From a virus: a stretch of 64,000 bases of DNA. Positions 25,836-36,326 of this stretch are shown in pieces; position 1 is the stretch's first letter; every line of letters starts with the position of its first letter. The stretch lies in the IMG/VR virus record IMGVR_UViG_3300042888_001055; one strand, 5' to 3'. A program made the translations under genes and the position numbers. Under the pieces are notes generated by a model. It was not told the origin of the DNA. It searched no databases and worked only from the letters and a program-made list of their open reading frames with translations.

Positions 25836-28800
25836 TTAGAATATATCACCTGTATTTGTTGATGGGAATGCCCTACCACTACCCCATATAATACGTACTA
25901 TTCCACCGCCACCGGTACCGCCGGCTGCTGATTGATATTGGAATGCGCCACCGCCGCCACCGCCGCCACCATAGTTACCACCATTAGCTCCGGGTAATAC
26001 AGCTTGGAATTGAAACGGTGAGCCTGTTCCGCCTTGTGTGCCTTGAGAGCTAGGTGAAACATATGAGCCACCGCCACCACCTGTTATAAGTGCGTTAGAT
26101 CCAGGAGCACCATTTGTGCCTTGACCAAATGAACCTACACCGCCACCACCAGCTCCGGCTGATGCATAAGATCCATTACTAACACCGGCTGTAGCACCAC
26201 CACCGCCACCACCGCCACCTGATCCTGCGCCGGGTTCAGGTCCTAGTGTGCCTGAACCAGAGAATCCTGCGCCAGCACCGCCGTTGCCTGCGTAACCGCC
26301 TGCGCCACCACCACCTGATGCACCTGAACCCCAGCCACCACCAGTACCACCTATACCGCCATTGCCACCACCATCGCCCACGTATGTTCCACCGGCTCTA
26401 TTCTGATATCCCATCATACCACCGCCACCTTTAACAGTTGCAGGACTGACAAAATAACTATCGCCCCCTGCTAAGTTGCTAGTGCCGCCTGCTCCTGCAA
26501 CAACAGTATATGATTGTCCTGGTGTGACAGCTATGTTGTTTTTCCAACCTAATCCACCGCCACCGCCACCATCACCATTGTGATATGCTCCAGGGGGACC
26601 GTAACCAGCATAATCTCCTCCTCCGCCGCCTCCGATACATACTACACAGACATTCAATACACCAGCAGGTACTACCCATGAATACGTACCCGGAGTAGTA
26701 AATGCTGCTTGGAATAAGTCGTTATTTATCATGTTAGGACTTATTTGAATATCTTGGAACGTATTAGAACCAGTAATAGTTAAAGCACCTACACCTTCTT
26801 GTATCAAAGTACCATATGTGCCTCCGCCACCAGCAAATGTTTTTACATCAGGATTATACATGTTTATATTGTACCCAGAGCCAGTGAATCCAGCTCCCGA
26901 AGTTACTGTCCAAGCATAACCAACTGTAATTGTACCACCCGTACCTGTTATAGACCTAGATCCAGTGCCAGTTGAACTTACATAACCCAACGTTAATGTT
27001 CTTGCATTTAAATTTAAGTTACCTTCATTTAATGCATAGGTACAACTACTTATTAATGTCAAATTAGCTGACAGTACTAAATTGCCGCCCGTCTGTGTAA
27101 ATGTAGTTAATGTGCTAAGATTTCCAGTATCATATGTAAATGTACCACCTGTTAAATTTAAGCTAGTAGATGTTACTGATGCGTTGGCACCAAATGTTAA
27201 ATCTGCGCCTGTACTAAATGAAGAAGATGCTACAGTACCAACATTTAATAATGTACCAGTTGTAGAGCTAAAGGCACCTGAACATGTTAATGTATAATTA
27301 GCAAAATCTATTGTACCTGTAGTTTGTGTAAAAGTACTACATGTTAAATTACTACCTAATGTAGTTGTTCCCGGTGAGTTAGTAACAACGGCTGCTATAG
27401 TTTTTCCGTTACTAGTAACTGTACCTGTACCACGCATAGTAATTGATAATCCAGTATATGTTCCACTACTAGATAATGTTAATCCATTAAGATTTAGTGA
27501 GGTGGTTGCTAAAGTAAATGCAGTAGTACCAAAACTTAAATTATTAAAATAACTACCAGATGTAAGTGTTGCAATTGCAGTGCCTGTACCAGTTAGTGTT
27601 AAACTAGGTGCATTTGAATATGAACCGCCTGTAGTACCAAATGTAAATGTTCTAGTAACATTAGCTTCTGCAGTAAATCCGCCAGTACCAGTCACGGTAC
27701 AATTAGTAGCATTTGCCATGTTAAGAACAGTTTGTCCTGCTGTAGAATGTGCTAATACAATATTACCAGTGCCAAAATCAATTGAGCGGGCAGTACTATT
27801 AGTTGAACTGAATATACCTGTTGTTAAATTAACACTGGTTAGTATTAAATTACCAGCATTGAATGTATATGTTCCGGTCGCAGTCATTGCATATGCTTTT
27901 GCAAATGTTACAGTACCGGCATTATGAGTAAAAGTAGGGGTAGCAGTAAATGTACCATCTGTAAAAGTAAATGATCCTGAATCAATCACAAAACTTGTAC
28001 TTGCTGTTAGTGTTCCACTAGTTAACTCAAATGTTGCACCTAATGTAAATGTAGTGCAACTAAGAGTACCTATATTAGAATATATACCGGATGTGAAAGT
28101 AATGGTCCCTGTACTTGTTAAACTATTAGTAGCAAAGTTTATATCACCAGATGTTTGTGTTAATGATGAGCATCCGCCCGAACCAGTAAAAGTACTTGTA
28201 CCGGAATGATTAATTGTTAATGGACCAATTGTTTTACCACCAAGATTAATGTTTCCTGTACCTAGTATATTAAAAGTTAAAAGATTGGTACTACTAAGAC
28301 CACCCGATAGATATAAAGTATTACAATTTAAAGTAGTAGATGTTCCTATAGCAAAACTTGTACTACCAAAGTCTAAGATATTAAACCAACTTCCACTAGC
28401 CAATGATATTACACCACTCGTACCAGTAATAGTCAAATTGAGTGCAGTAGTAGAAGAACCACCGCCGCCGTTGGCCATAGTAACAGTACGTGATCTATCT
28501 GCGGGTACAGTAAATCCACCGGTACCAGTATATGTAAAGTTAGTAATATTAGACATATTTATTACATTACTACCACTAGTGCTATAATATGCATTAATTA
28601 TACCAGTACCAAAATTAATAGTACGTACATTACTATTATTAGAACTAAATATACCTACGGATAAAGTAAACCCATCAACTGTTAGTGTACCTGAACTAAA
28701 TGAATAAGTAGACAACGTATTCATAGAATATGATTTTAGAAAGGTAACCGTACCTGCAGTATGTGTGAAAGTTGTAAAAGTTGTACCTAACGAGCCTGAT

Positions 28801-31800
28801 GCACCTAAAGTAAAGCTTCCTGAATTAATTACAATAGATGTAGTAGGATTTAAACTACCGCTGTTGACAGTAACACTGGTATCGTTGTTTACAGTGAAAG
28901 TAGTACATGCGGTAGTACCAAAATTAATTAAACTTCCTCCATTGACTGTAATTGCACCAGTTGTATTAAATATATAACCATTAAAATTTAATGTAGTATT
29001 AGCTATATGAGTGTATGGTTGAGCAGTATAGAAGTCCGCTTGTAATGTAATTGATGCACCTGTTGCTAGGTATAAATTATTAATAAGTTTTCCACTATTA
29101 CTATTAGAAATGGTACCAGTACCATACATAGTAACATTAAAACTAGTAAATATTGGTCCAGTACCTAACTCTAATACTCTAACATAAGGACCGGCACCAC
29201 CGGCTATAGGATCTCCAGTTGTACCTATAAAGCTTAATGTATCAAGCCAACTACCTGCACTTATAGTTGGATCATTCGTTCCTGCATTAAAATACAGTTT
29301 GATAGCATTAGAAGCAGATCCACCGCTACTATTACCAAAACTAACAGTACCGGTAGCGGCTTGTGTGCCTTTAAACCCCCCTGTACCTGTCCATGTAAAA
29401 TTAGTAGCATCACTCATACTAATACTACCCTGTGTAGTTATAATGTATGATGTACCAAAATTAATACTTCTAACTAAATTAGAACTTGAGCTAAATGACC
29501 CAACTGTTAAATCTGCATTTAAGACTAATCCACAAGGATTAGATGTTGCAAAAGTACAAGTAGCGGACATTACAGTAGAACTTGTTATTGTAATATCACC
29601 ACTAGTAGTTGGATTAATATTTAAAGAGCTAAATGTTCTGCCATTACCTGATATTGTTCCACCTGAGTCTACTATATTAAAACTCATAGCACTATGTGTA
29701 GCACTAGTACCTAGATTTAATGACCTAATATTTAAGTTTGTGCCTGTAATAGTAGCAGTAGATCCAGTAGTATCAATTGTATTAAACCAACTACCTGCTG
29801 AAATATCAGGTGAACTTGAACTACCAGTTAACACTAGTTTTGGGGCATTAGCGATTGAGGCACCTCCACCATTACCAAAAGTTATAACTCTAACTCGGTC
29901 AGTTTGTACAGTAAATCCACCGGTACCAGTATATGTAAAGTTAGTAATATTAGACATATCTAGTACCGTTAGTCCAGAAGTCAGTGGATAGGTTAAATTA
30001 ACAGTTCCAGTACCAAATAATATAGATCGGGTATTTGTATTATTAGACGAAAAAGATGGTGTAGATAGTGTAATATCAGTTATATCTAATACACCTGTAT
30101 TAAATAAATATTTACCATTTGAACTACCACTTAGCATAGTATATGATTTTCTTAAAATCATAGTACCTGCATTTTGTGTGATCAATGGAACCGAACCTAA
30201 AGTGCCGCCGGCTCCGGCAGCTAAAGTAAAAGATCCGGAATTGAGTGTGAAAGTACCAGAGGTAGAATTAAAAGTTATACTGCCGTTATCCAATACATAA
30301 TTTGGACCAGTATGTACATAATTGTAACAAGCGATGGTGCCGCTATTTAAAGTTAATGTACCACCGGTATACGTAAACGTACCTGTTGGTAATGAGCATG
30401 TTAAAGTAAACCCTGCTAAATCTAATGTGTTGGCTGCATGAGTATATAATGTAACTGCTAATGCGCTAGTTAACGTTACTGTGCCGCCACTTGGTGCAGT
30501 AAAAGTATATAATTGTTTACCACTACCACTGACAGTACTAGTAGCACCGTAAAAATCTATTTGCAATCCTGTATAAGCTGTAGTAGCGCCAGCTGTACTA
30601 GATAAAATTACTGAATTTGCATATACTGATGATACTGAAGGGGCTGTAGCACCTACTGGTATAGTATTTTCTGAGCAATTTAATGTTTTAAACCAGCTAC
30701 CACCTGACAATGATATCCTTCTAGATGCTGAACCTGAACCTGTTATAAACATATTAATTGCGTTATCAGCAGAGCCACCTGCACTATTACCATAACTAAC
30801 AGTCTGACTGGCAGATGCATTGGGACAAATTCCACCTGTACCACTCCAAGTAAAATTTCTAACATCCGACATATTAAATCCGCCGGATGTTGAAACAATG
30901 TTAGTAGTTCCAAAATTTATACTGCGAACCAATGTACTAGAGGAATTGAACGTACCAGTGGTAAGAGTATATCCATTAAGTACTATTATAGAAGGGTTAG
31001 AAGTACCAAATGTAGTAGTACCACTAACAATTATATTACTAACAAGAGTACTAGTTCCATTGGATTGTATATCTAAAGTATTGATAGTTCTAGTACCCAT
31101 ATTTAAAGTACCGGTACCTCTTACATTAACAGTAAGTGGATATGTACTTGTACTGCTACCTAATATTATACTGTTAACATTATATGTTGCAGATGCGGGT
31201 GTAGATGAAGTACCTCCTAAATCTAGCATATTAAACCAACTACCACTACTAATACCATATACACTACTACCACTAGTTAAATATAAATTAGGAGCATTGG
31301 CTGAACTCATTCCGCCACCATTACCAAAACTAAATAGTCTAGTACGTGACATTACTGAACGGAATCCACCGGTACCTGTCCATGAAAAATTAGTCCCGTT
31401 TCCCATTTCAATATTAGTATTACTATTCGATGAAAATGCTACATCAATATACCCTGAACCAAATAATATCGCACGTGTATTTGAATTACTAGAATTAAAT
31501 TTACCAGTTGATATTGTGAAACTAGCTAAATCTAATGTACCACTAGTGAATTCTATAGTACCTGCTACTTTAACATTCAATGCGCTTCCTAATGTCCAAG
31601 TACCTACGCCAGTAAATGTTAATGTATCGCAGTTCAATGTAATACCATTAGTAGTTACTGTATTAGTAGTACTTGAATTAAATGTCAGTGTACCTGTACC
31701 ACTCCAAGTAGTACTACTTAATGACATACTGCCATATACTGTAAGTGCACCTGTTCCTGAAAACGTAGTGCTACTAGTTACAGTCATGTTCCTACAAACA

Positions 31801-31958
31801 CCACCAGATAAAGTTACTGTACCACCAGATGGGAAAAATACATCATCAGCACTTGTAGGGGCACTGGCACCACCCGCACCACCTGAAGTAGCACTCCAAC
31901 GTGTAGTGGTACTTGTATTCCAAGTTCCACTGCCGCCTATCCAATATCTGTCTGCCAT
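25836..31958 (-). CDS. 2040-aa beta-helix-like virion/adhesin protein with C-terminal Gly-rich domain
   Basis: MADRYWIGGSGTW start; repeated SSN-x-RSINFGT...MSN.TNFT.TGTGGF...SWFN units; FTTPGTYSW.VPAGV...GG.VRIIWG Gly-rich module. Confidence 0.8.
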   Translation of the reverse strand: MADRYWIGGSGTWNTSTTTRWSATSGGAGGASAPTSADDVFFPSGGTVTLSGGVCRNMTVTSSTTFSGTGALTVYGSMSLSSTTWSGTGTLTFNSSTTNTVTTNGITLNCDTLTFTGVGTWTLGSALNVKVAGTIEFTSGTLDLASFTISTGKFNSSNSNTRAILFGSGYIDVAFSSNSNTNIEMGNGTNFSWTGTGGFRSVMSRTRLFSFGNGGGMSSANAPNLYLTSGSSVYGISSGSWFNMLDLGGTSSTPASATYNVNSIILGSSTSTYPLTVNVRGTGTLNMGTRTINTLDIQSNGTSTLVSNIIVSGTTTFGTSNPSIIVLNGYTLTTGTFNSSSTLVRSINFGTTNIVSTSGGFNMSDVRNFTWSGTGGICPNASASQTVSYGNSAGGSADNAINMFITGSGSASRRISLSGGSWFKTLNCSENTIPVGATAPSVSSVYANSVILSSTAGATTAYTGLQIDFYGATSTVSGSGKQLYTFTAPSGGTVTLTSALAVTLYTHAANTLDLAGFTLTCSLPTGTFTYTGGTLTLNSGTIACYNYVHTGPNYVLDNGSITFNSTSGTFTLNSGSFTLAAGAGGTLGSVPLITQNAGTMILRKSYTMLSGSSNGKYLFNTGVLDITDITLSTPSFSSNNTNTRSILFGTGTVNLTYPLTSGLTVLDMSNITNFTYTGTGGFTVQTDRVRVITFGNGGGASIANAPKLVLTGSSSSPDISAGSWFNTIDTTGSTATITGTNLNIRSLNLGTSATHSAMSFNIVDSGGTISGNGRTFSSLNINPTTSGDITITSSTVMSATCTFATSNPCGLVLNADLTVGSFSSSSNLVRSINFGTSYIITTQGSISMSDATNFTWTGTGGFKGTQAATGTVSFGNSSGGSASNAIKLYFNAGTNDPTISAGSWLDTLSFIGTTGDPIAGGAGPYVRVLELGTGPIFTSFNVTMYGTGTISNSNSGKLINNLYLATGASITLQADFYTAQPYTHIANTTLNFNGYIFNTTGAITVNGGSLINFGTTACTTFTVNNDTSVTVNSGSLNPTTSIVINSGSFTLGASGSLGTTFTTFTHTAGTVTFLKSYSMNTLSTYSFSSGTLTVDGFTLSVGIFSSNNSNVRTINFGTGIINAYYSTSGSNVINMSNITNFTYTGTGGFTVPADRSRTVTMANGGGGSSTTALNLTITGTSGVISLASGSWFNILDFGSTSFAIGTSTTLNCNTLYLSGGLSSTNLLTFNILGTGNINLGGKTIGPLTINHSGTSTFTGSGGCSSLTQTSGDINFATNSLTSTGTITFTSGIYSNIGTLSCTTFTLGATFELTSGTLTASTSFVIDSGSFTFTDGTFTATPTFTHNAGTVTFAKAYAMTATGTYTFNAGNLILTSVNLTTGIFSSTNSTARSIDFGTGNIVLAHSTAGQTVLNMANATNCTVTGTGGFTAEANVTRTFTFGTTGGSYSNAPSLTLTGTGTAIATLTSGSYFNNLSFGTTAFTLATTSLNLNGLTLSSSGTYTGLSITMRGTGTVTSNGKTIAAVVTNSPGTTTLGSNLTCSTFTQTTGTIDFANYTLTCSGAFSSTTGTLLNVGTVASSSFSTGADLTFGANASVTSTSLNLTGGTFTYDTGNLSTLTTFTQTGGNLVLSANLTLISSCTYALNEGNLNLNARTLTLGYVSSTGTGSRSITGTGGTITVGYAWTVTSGAGFTGSGYNINMYNPDVKTFAGGGGTYGTLIQEGVGALTITGSNTFQDIQISPNMINNDLFQAAFTTPGTYSWVVPAGVLNVCVVCIGGGGGGDYAGYGPPGAYHNGDGGGGGGLGWKNNIAVTPGQSYTVVAGAGGTSNLAGGDSYFVSPATVKGGGGMMGYQNRAGGTYVGDGGGNGGIGGTGGGWGSGASGGGGAGGYAGNGGAGAGFSGSGTLGPEPGAGSGGGGGGGGATAGVSNGSYASAGAGGGGVGSFGQGTNGAPGSNALITGGGGGSYVSPSSQGTQGGTGSPFQFQAVLPGANGGNYGGGGGGGGAFQYQSAAGGTGGGGIVRIIWGSGRAFPSTNTGDIF

Positions 31959-31975
31959 ATTTTATTCTTTAATTA

Positions 31976-32182
31976 TTAAGGATTTTCGTCTGTAGGCACA
32001 GCATTAATCATATCATGCCAAGCAGTATATCTCTCTAGTTTAATTGCTTCAATTGTTTCAATTGATGTATTAGCATACTCTTCCTGAGTCATCCATATAG
32101 CATCTCTGTAAATTTGAGTACCTTCACCTTTTGTGAAGATTACTTGTACTTGTCCATTAATTTGATTTATAGTATCTTCCAT
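31976..32182 (-). CDS. small hypothetical protein (possible fibre chaperone/adapter)
   Basis: 68 aa, SD AAGGA, between fibre and head genes. Confidence 0.7.
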   Translation of the reverse strand: MEDTINQINGQVQVIFTKGEGTQIYRDAIWMTQEEYANTSIETIEAIKLERYTAWHDMINAVPTDENP

Positions 32183-32196
32183 GTATTATTCCTTAA

Positions 32197-35100
32197 TTAA
32201 AATCCAAAGTTCTTAGAAATTACATTCCATTTTGATTGCGTTGAATTATAAATAAATCCCACGTAATCATATTTACTACTTCCAGATGATGTTGAAGGTA
32301 AATTCAAATCCGTTGATCCGTTAAATACTGCATTCCAACTAAATGTTTGTACATTAGTAGATTGTAATCTAAACATAAGTTTTTGTCCTTGATATGGTGT
32401 GCCTGATGGTGCTGCAATAGTTAATGTACCGGCCGTTTGTGTATTAGTTTGAATAGCTAGATCAGTAATATCCGCATTGATAGTAACTGTCGTACCGTCT
32501 GCAATAGTGTCAATTCTAGGTTTTATAGCAGCTGAAACTCCACTACTGCTTACAGTAACAACGTTTGCAACACCAGCAACACCCATTGTAATATTACCAT
32601 CAACTGTGGCAATATTAACATTACTTGTACCATTACTAATAGATGCACCACCACCACCGCCACCACCTGATGCAATCCAACTTAATCCACCTGCGCCATT
32701 TGTGCTTAATACATAACCATTAGTACCGCCGGTGATAACAACATTTCCTACAGCACCTAAATTACTTTGCCCAGTTACATTTAATGTACCTGTAATATTT
32801 GCACCAGTAGTTGTTACAACTAATACATTTGCGGTTCCGCCTACACTTGTAGTTACGTTACCGCCTGATGTAGCTATATCGACAATGCTGGTACCATTAC
32901 TAATAGATGCACCACCACCACCGCCACCACCTGATGCAATCCAACTTAATCCACCTGCGCCATTTGTGCTTAATACATAACCATTAGTACCGCCGGTAAT
33001 TATTACATTAGCATTAGAACCTAAATTAGCAGTACTAGTAACAACAAAGTTATTAGCTGTTAATGTTGTTGTTGTTTTATTAAAAGTAAGACCGGCATTT
33101 CCGCCAAAAGCACTAGAATCATTAAATTGTACTTGAGTATCAGTTCCACCGGGTGATCCTCCACCTCCTGATTGTGCTACCCAACTTAATGTACTAGATC
33201 CATCTGTACTTAGTACATAGCCATTAGTACCACCTGATATATGTAAATTAGCTACTGCACCCAATGTTACATTAGCTGTAGTTGTAAAATCAACTACACC
33301 AGTTACATTGCTTACTGTTAATCCAGTCAATGATCCAACACTTGTAATGTTACCTTGTGCATTTCCTGTTACAAAACCAGAAAAGTTGGCATTAGCTACA
33401 TTACCTGTAACATTACCACCTGCTACACTATTAGCAGTTCCAACTGTTATGTTCGCAACATTTGCGTCGGTTACAACAATGTTACCATTCATGCCTCCAT
33501 GAATAGAACATTGATATTTGTAATTACCTACTATGCCATATGGAACCTTCCAGTACAATGTTCCTGCTATTTGTCCTTGGGCTGATGTAGTAGTTAATAC
33601 CGTTCCTGCAGTATCAACATATTCTAAACCAGTACTATAATTTGCGCCACCACTTGTTTGAATTAAGAACGGATGACCCGATACATTCAAATTAAATGCT
33701 AATGTTTGACCACTAGTAATGTATATTGCAGGATTGAGTGTAGCGCCATATTGGTCAAATAGATATCCACTTGCTCCACTAGCAGTGACATTTAGTCGTG
33801 TTGTTGCTTGTAGATATAATTCGTCTGTAGTCAATCCGGCGGTACTAAAAGTTGTAATGTTACCAAAAGTTAATGCACTTAATTGACTGCCGTTACCAGT
33901 AAAGAAGTTAGCTGTTACTAGATTGCCTAAGTTAGCATTACCGCTTGTAGTATTACCAGTTACATCTAAACTAGTTAATGAACCAACTGAAGTTATGTTT
34001 GGTTGAGCATTTGTATATACAGTACCAGAAATTAATGCGTTAGCTACTTGACCAGTGATGTTACTAGCTGTTATATTACTTAAGTTATTACCAGCTCCAC
34101 TAAAGAAATTAGCTATTGCTAGATTACCTAAATTAGCATTACCAGCAGATATATTACCAGTAGCAATAAATGTATTAGCACTGATAACATTTGCGTTAGT
34201 GATGTTACCACCTGAACCATTACCGGCAATGATATTACCTGCACTTAGATTACCGGTTATGTTTGCTGTGCCTGATATGTTTGCACCAGTTCCAGTAACT
34301 ATCATAGTTGTATTACCAACAGCAGTTAAATTGATATTTCCATTTGCAGCCGGTATGTTTACATTACTATTGCCGTTACTAATACTTGCTCCACCACCTC
34401 CACCGCCTGATTGAGCTACCCAACTTAATGTGCCTGCACCATCTGTACTTAGTACGTATGCGTTTGTACCGCCACTGATATGTAAGTTACCAACAGCACC
34501 CAATGTTACGTTTGCTGTGGTTGTAAAATCAACTACACCAGTTACATTGCTTACTGTTAACCCAGTTAATGAGCCAACACTTGTAATGTTTGGTTGAGCA
34601 TTTGTATATACAGTACTTGATATTAGTGCATTGGGTACTTGTCCTGATACATTACCACCTTGTATATTGCTTAAATTATTACCACTACCAGTAAAGAAGT
34701 TAGCTGTTACTGTATTACCTAATTGTGCGTTACCAGAACGAATGTTAGCTAAGGTATCATAAGTTACTACTTCTGATGATATACTTACATTAGACCCAAA
34801 TGCTATTTCTGCATTACTTATATCCCAACCCATCCATGCAATCTTTGCGCTTGTATCATAGTAGTTTAATGCAGTACCAACATCTTTGCCACTATTAGCT
34901 ACTGGGGCAGCTCCATTTGGTCCTGTTTGTAAATTAATGATTGGATCACTGATAGATAATGTAGTTGAATTTATGTACGTTAGTGTACCATTAACAGTTA
35001 AATTACCACCAAATACACCGTTTCCTGATACTGATATATCTGTTAATGTCCCTACACTTGTTATGTTTGGTTGAGCATTTGTATATATTGTGCCTGACAC

Positions 35101-35877
35101 TAATGCGTTAGCTACTTGACCAGAGATATTAGCAGCCTGAATATTACTTAGATTATTACCGCTACCTGCAAAATAATTAGCTGTAGCTAGATTACCTAAA
35201 TTAGCATTACTGGCTGTGATATTACCGCTAGCAATAAATGTATTAGCACTGATAACATTTGCATTAGTGATGTTGCCACCAGAGCCATTACCGGCAATAA
35301 TATTTCCTGCAGTTAAATTACCTGTTACATTAGCTGTACCTGATATGTTAGCACCAGTTCCAGTGATAACAACTACGTTGGCATTACCAATAGCACTAAA
35401 GTTTATATTGCCATTTGCAGACGGAATATTTACATTACTATTGCCGTTACTAATACTTGCTCCGCCACCTCCACCGCCTGATTGAGCTACCCAAGATAGA
35501 GTACCTGCACCATCTGTACTTAGTACGTATGCGTTTGTACCACCACTAATATGTAGATTACCTACTGCTCCCAATGTAACATTAGCAGTAGTTGTAAAAT
35601 CAACTACACCAGTTGCGTTACTTACTGTTAATCCTGTTAATGATCCAGTTGAAGTGATATTTGGTTGAGCATTTGTATATACAGTACCAGCAACTGTTGC
35701 ATTAGATACTTGACCAGTAACATTACCACCTGTTATATTGCTTAAGTTATTACCGGCTCCACTAAAGAAATTAGCTATTGCTAGATTACCTAGATTAGCG
35801 TTATCTGTGGCAATATTGGCAAAGGTATAGTTAGCAGTGGTGTCTAGGTTAAACGGTTGTAACTTTGTAATTGCCAT
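32197..35877 (-). CDS. fibre shaft protein (Asn/Gly/Thr repeats) with one cupredoxin-like domain
   Basis: Repeats AQPNITSVG, NLGNL..ANFF.G.G, YVLSTDG.G.LSW, SISNGNSNV; HPF...CSIHGGM. Confidence 0.82.
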   Translation of the reverse strand: MAITKLQPFNLDTTANYTFANIATDNANLGNLAIANFFSGAGNNLSNITGGNVTGQVSNATVAGTVYTNAQPNITSTGSLTGLTVSNATGVVDFTTTANVTLGAVGNLHISGGTNAYVLSTDGAGTLSWVAQSGGGGGGASISNGNSNVNIPSANGNINFSAIGNANVVVITGTGANISGTANVTGNLTAGNIIAGNGSGGNITNANVISANTFIASGNITASNANLGNLATANYFAGSGNNLSNIQAANISGQVANALVSGTIYTNAQPNITSVGTLTDISVSGNGVFGGNLTVNGTLTYINSTTLSISDPIINLQTGPNGAAPVANSGKDVGTALNYYDTSAKIAWMGWDISNAEIAFGSNVSISSEVVTYDTLANIRSGNAQLGNTVTANFFTGSGNNLSNIQGGNVSGQVPNALISSTVYTNAQPNITSVGSLTGLTVSNVTGVVDFTTTANVTLGAVGNLHISGGTNAYVLSTDGAGTLSWVAQSGGGGGGASISNGNSNVNIPAANGNINLTAVGNTTMIVTGTGANISGTANITGNLSAGNIIAGNGSGGNITNANVISANTFIATGNISAGNANLGNLAIANFFSGAGNNLSNITASNITGQVANALISGTVYTNAQPNITSVGSLTSLDVTGNTTSGNANLGNLVTANFFTGNGSQLSALTFGNITTFSTAGLTTDELYLQATTRLNVTASGASGYLFDQYGATLNPAIYITSGQTLAFNLNVSGHPFLIQTSGGANYSTGLEYVDTAGTVLTTTSAQGQIAGTLYWKVPYGIVGNYKYQCSIHGGMNGNIVVTDANVANITVGTANSVAGGNVTGNVANANFSGFVTGNAQGNITSVGSLTGLTVSNVTGVVDFTTTANVTLGAVANLHISGGTNGYVLSTDGSSTLSWVAQSGGGGSPGGTDTQVQFNDSSAFGGNAGLTFNKTTTTLTANNFVVTSTANLGSNANVIITGGTNGYVLSTNGAGGLSWIASGGGGGGGASISNGTSIVDIATSGGNVTTSVGGTANVLVVTTTGANITGTLNVTGQSNLGAVGNVVITGGTNGYVLSTNGAGGLSWIASGGGGGGGASISNGTSNVNIATVDGNITMGVAGVANVVTVSSSGVSAAIKPRIDTIADGTTVTINADITDLAIQTNTQTAGTLTIAAPSGTPYQGQKLMFRLQSTNVQTFSWNAVFNGSTDLNLPSTSSGSSKYDYVGFIYNSTQSKWNVISKNFGF
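32627..32997. repeat. exact 107-bp direct repeat (32627-32733 and 32891-32997) within fibre gene
   Basis: Base-by-base identical copies encoding TGGTNGYVLSTNGAGGLSWIASGGGGGGGASISNGT. Confidence 0.9.
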
Positions 35878-35941
35878 GTAGTAAATCTCTTATATGTTAG
35901 TCTATCTATGTATTTAATCCAATTTGACTACTAACATGTTA

Positions 35942-36298
35942 CTAAGGTGTGATAATTTCAACCCAAGATGTTGTATCTTCATCCCAACTGTACATTTTAC
36001 CGTCATCTGGCATTGGTGTAGGGGCTTCGTATAAGCATGTATCTTCATTTAATACCCAACTGTTAAATGGTTGTGGTGGTATAAATGCATCTCTAGTACT
36101 ATCATATGTGTAACCTATACCAGCATAATTTTTACGTAATGGTGTGCCACCTTGTGTATGTACACCACCAGATGTATTATAGCTTGTTTGAATCCAGCTG
36201 TTTGGATCTCCAAATAGACCAGTATCTACTACATCCTGTTCTATTACGATTACTTGTGTTACGATGTTATTTTCATCTATTTGTGCGAAGTGACTCAT
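35942..36298 (-). CDS. small phage protein typically found beside Gly-rich fibre genes
   Basis: MSHFAQIDENNIV...WIQTSYN...RKNYAGIGYTYD..RDAFIPPQPF.SW; start reassigned after SD AAGGA. Confidence 0.8.
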   Translation of the reverse strand: MSHFAQIDENNIVTQVIVIEQDVVDTGLFGDPNSWIQTSYNTSGGVHTQGGTPLRKNYAGIGYTYDSTRDAFIPPQPFNSWVLNEDTCLYEAPTPMPDDGKMYSWDEDTTSWVEIITP

Positions 36299-36326
36299 TT
36301 TTATTTCCTTTAAGTTATTTATTTGT

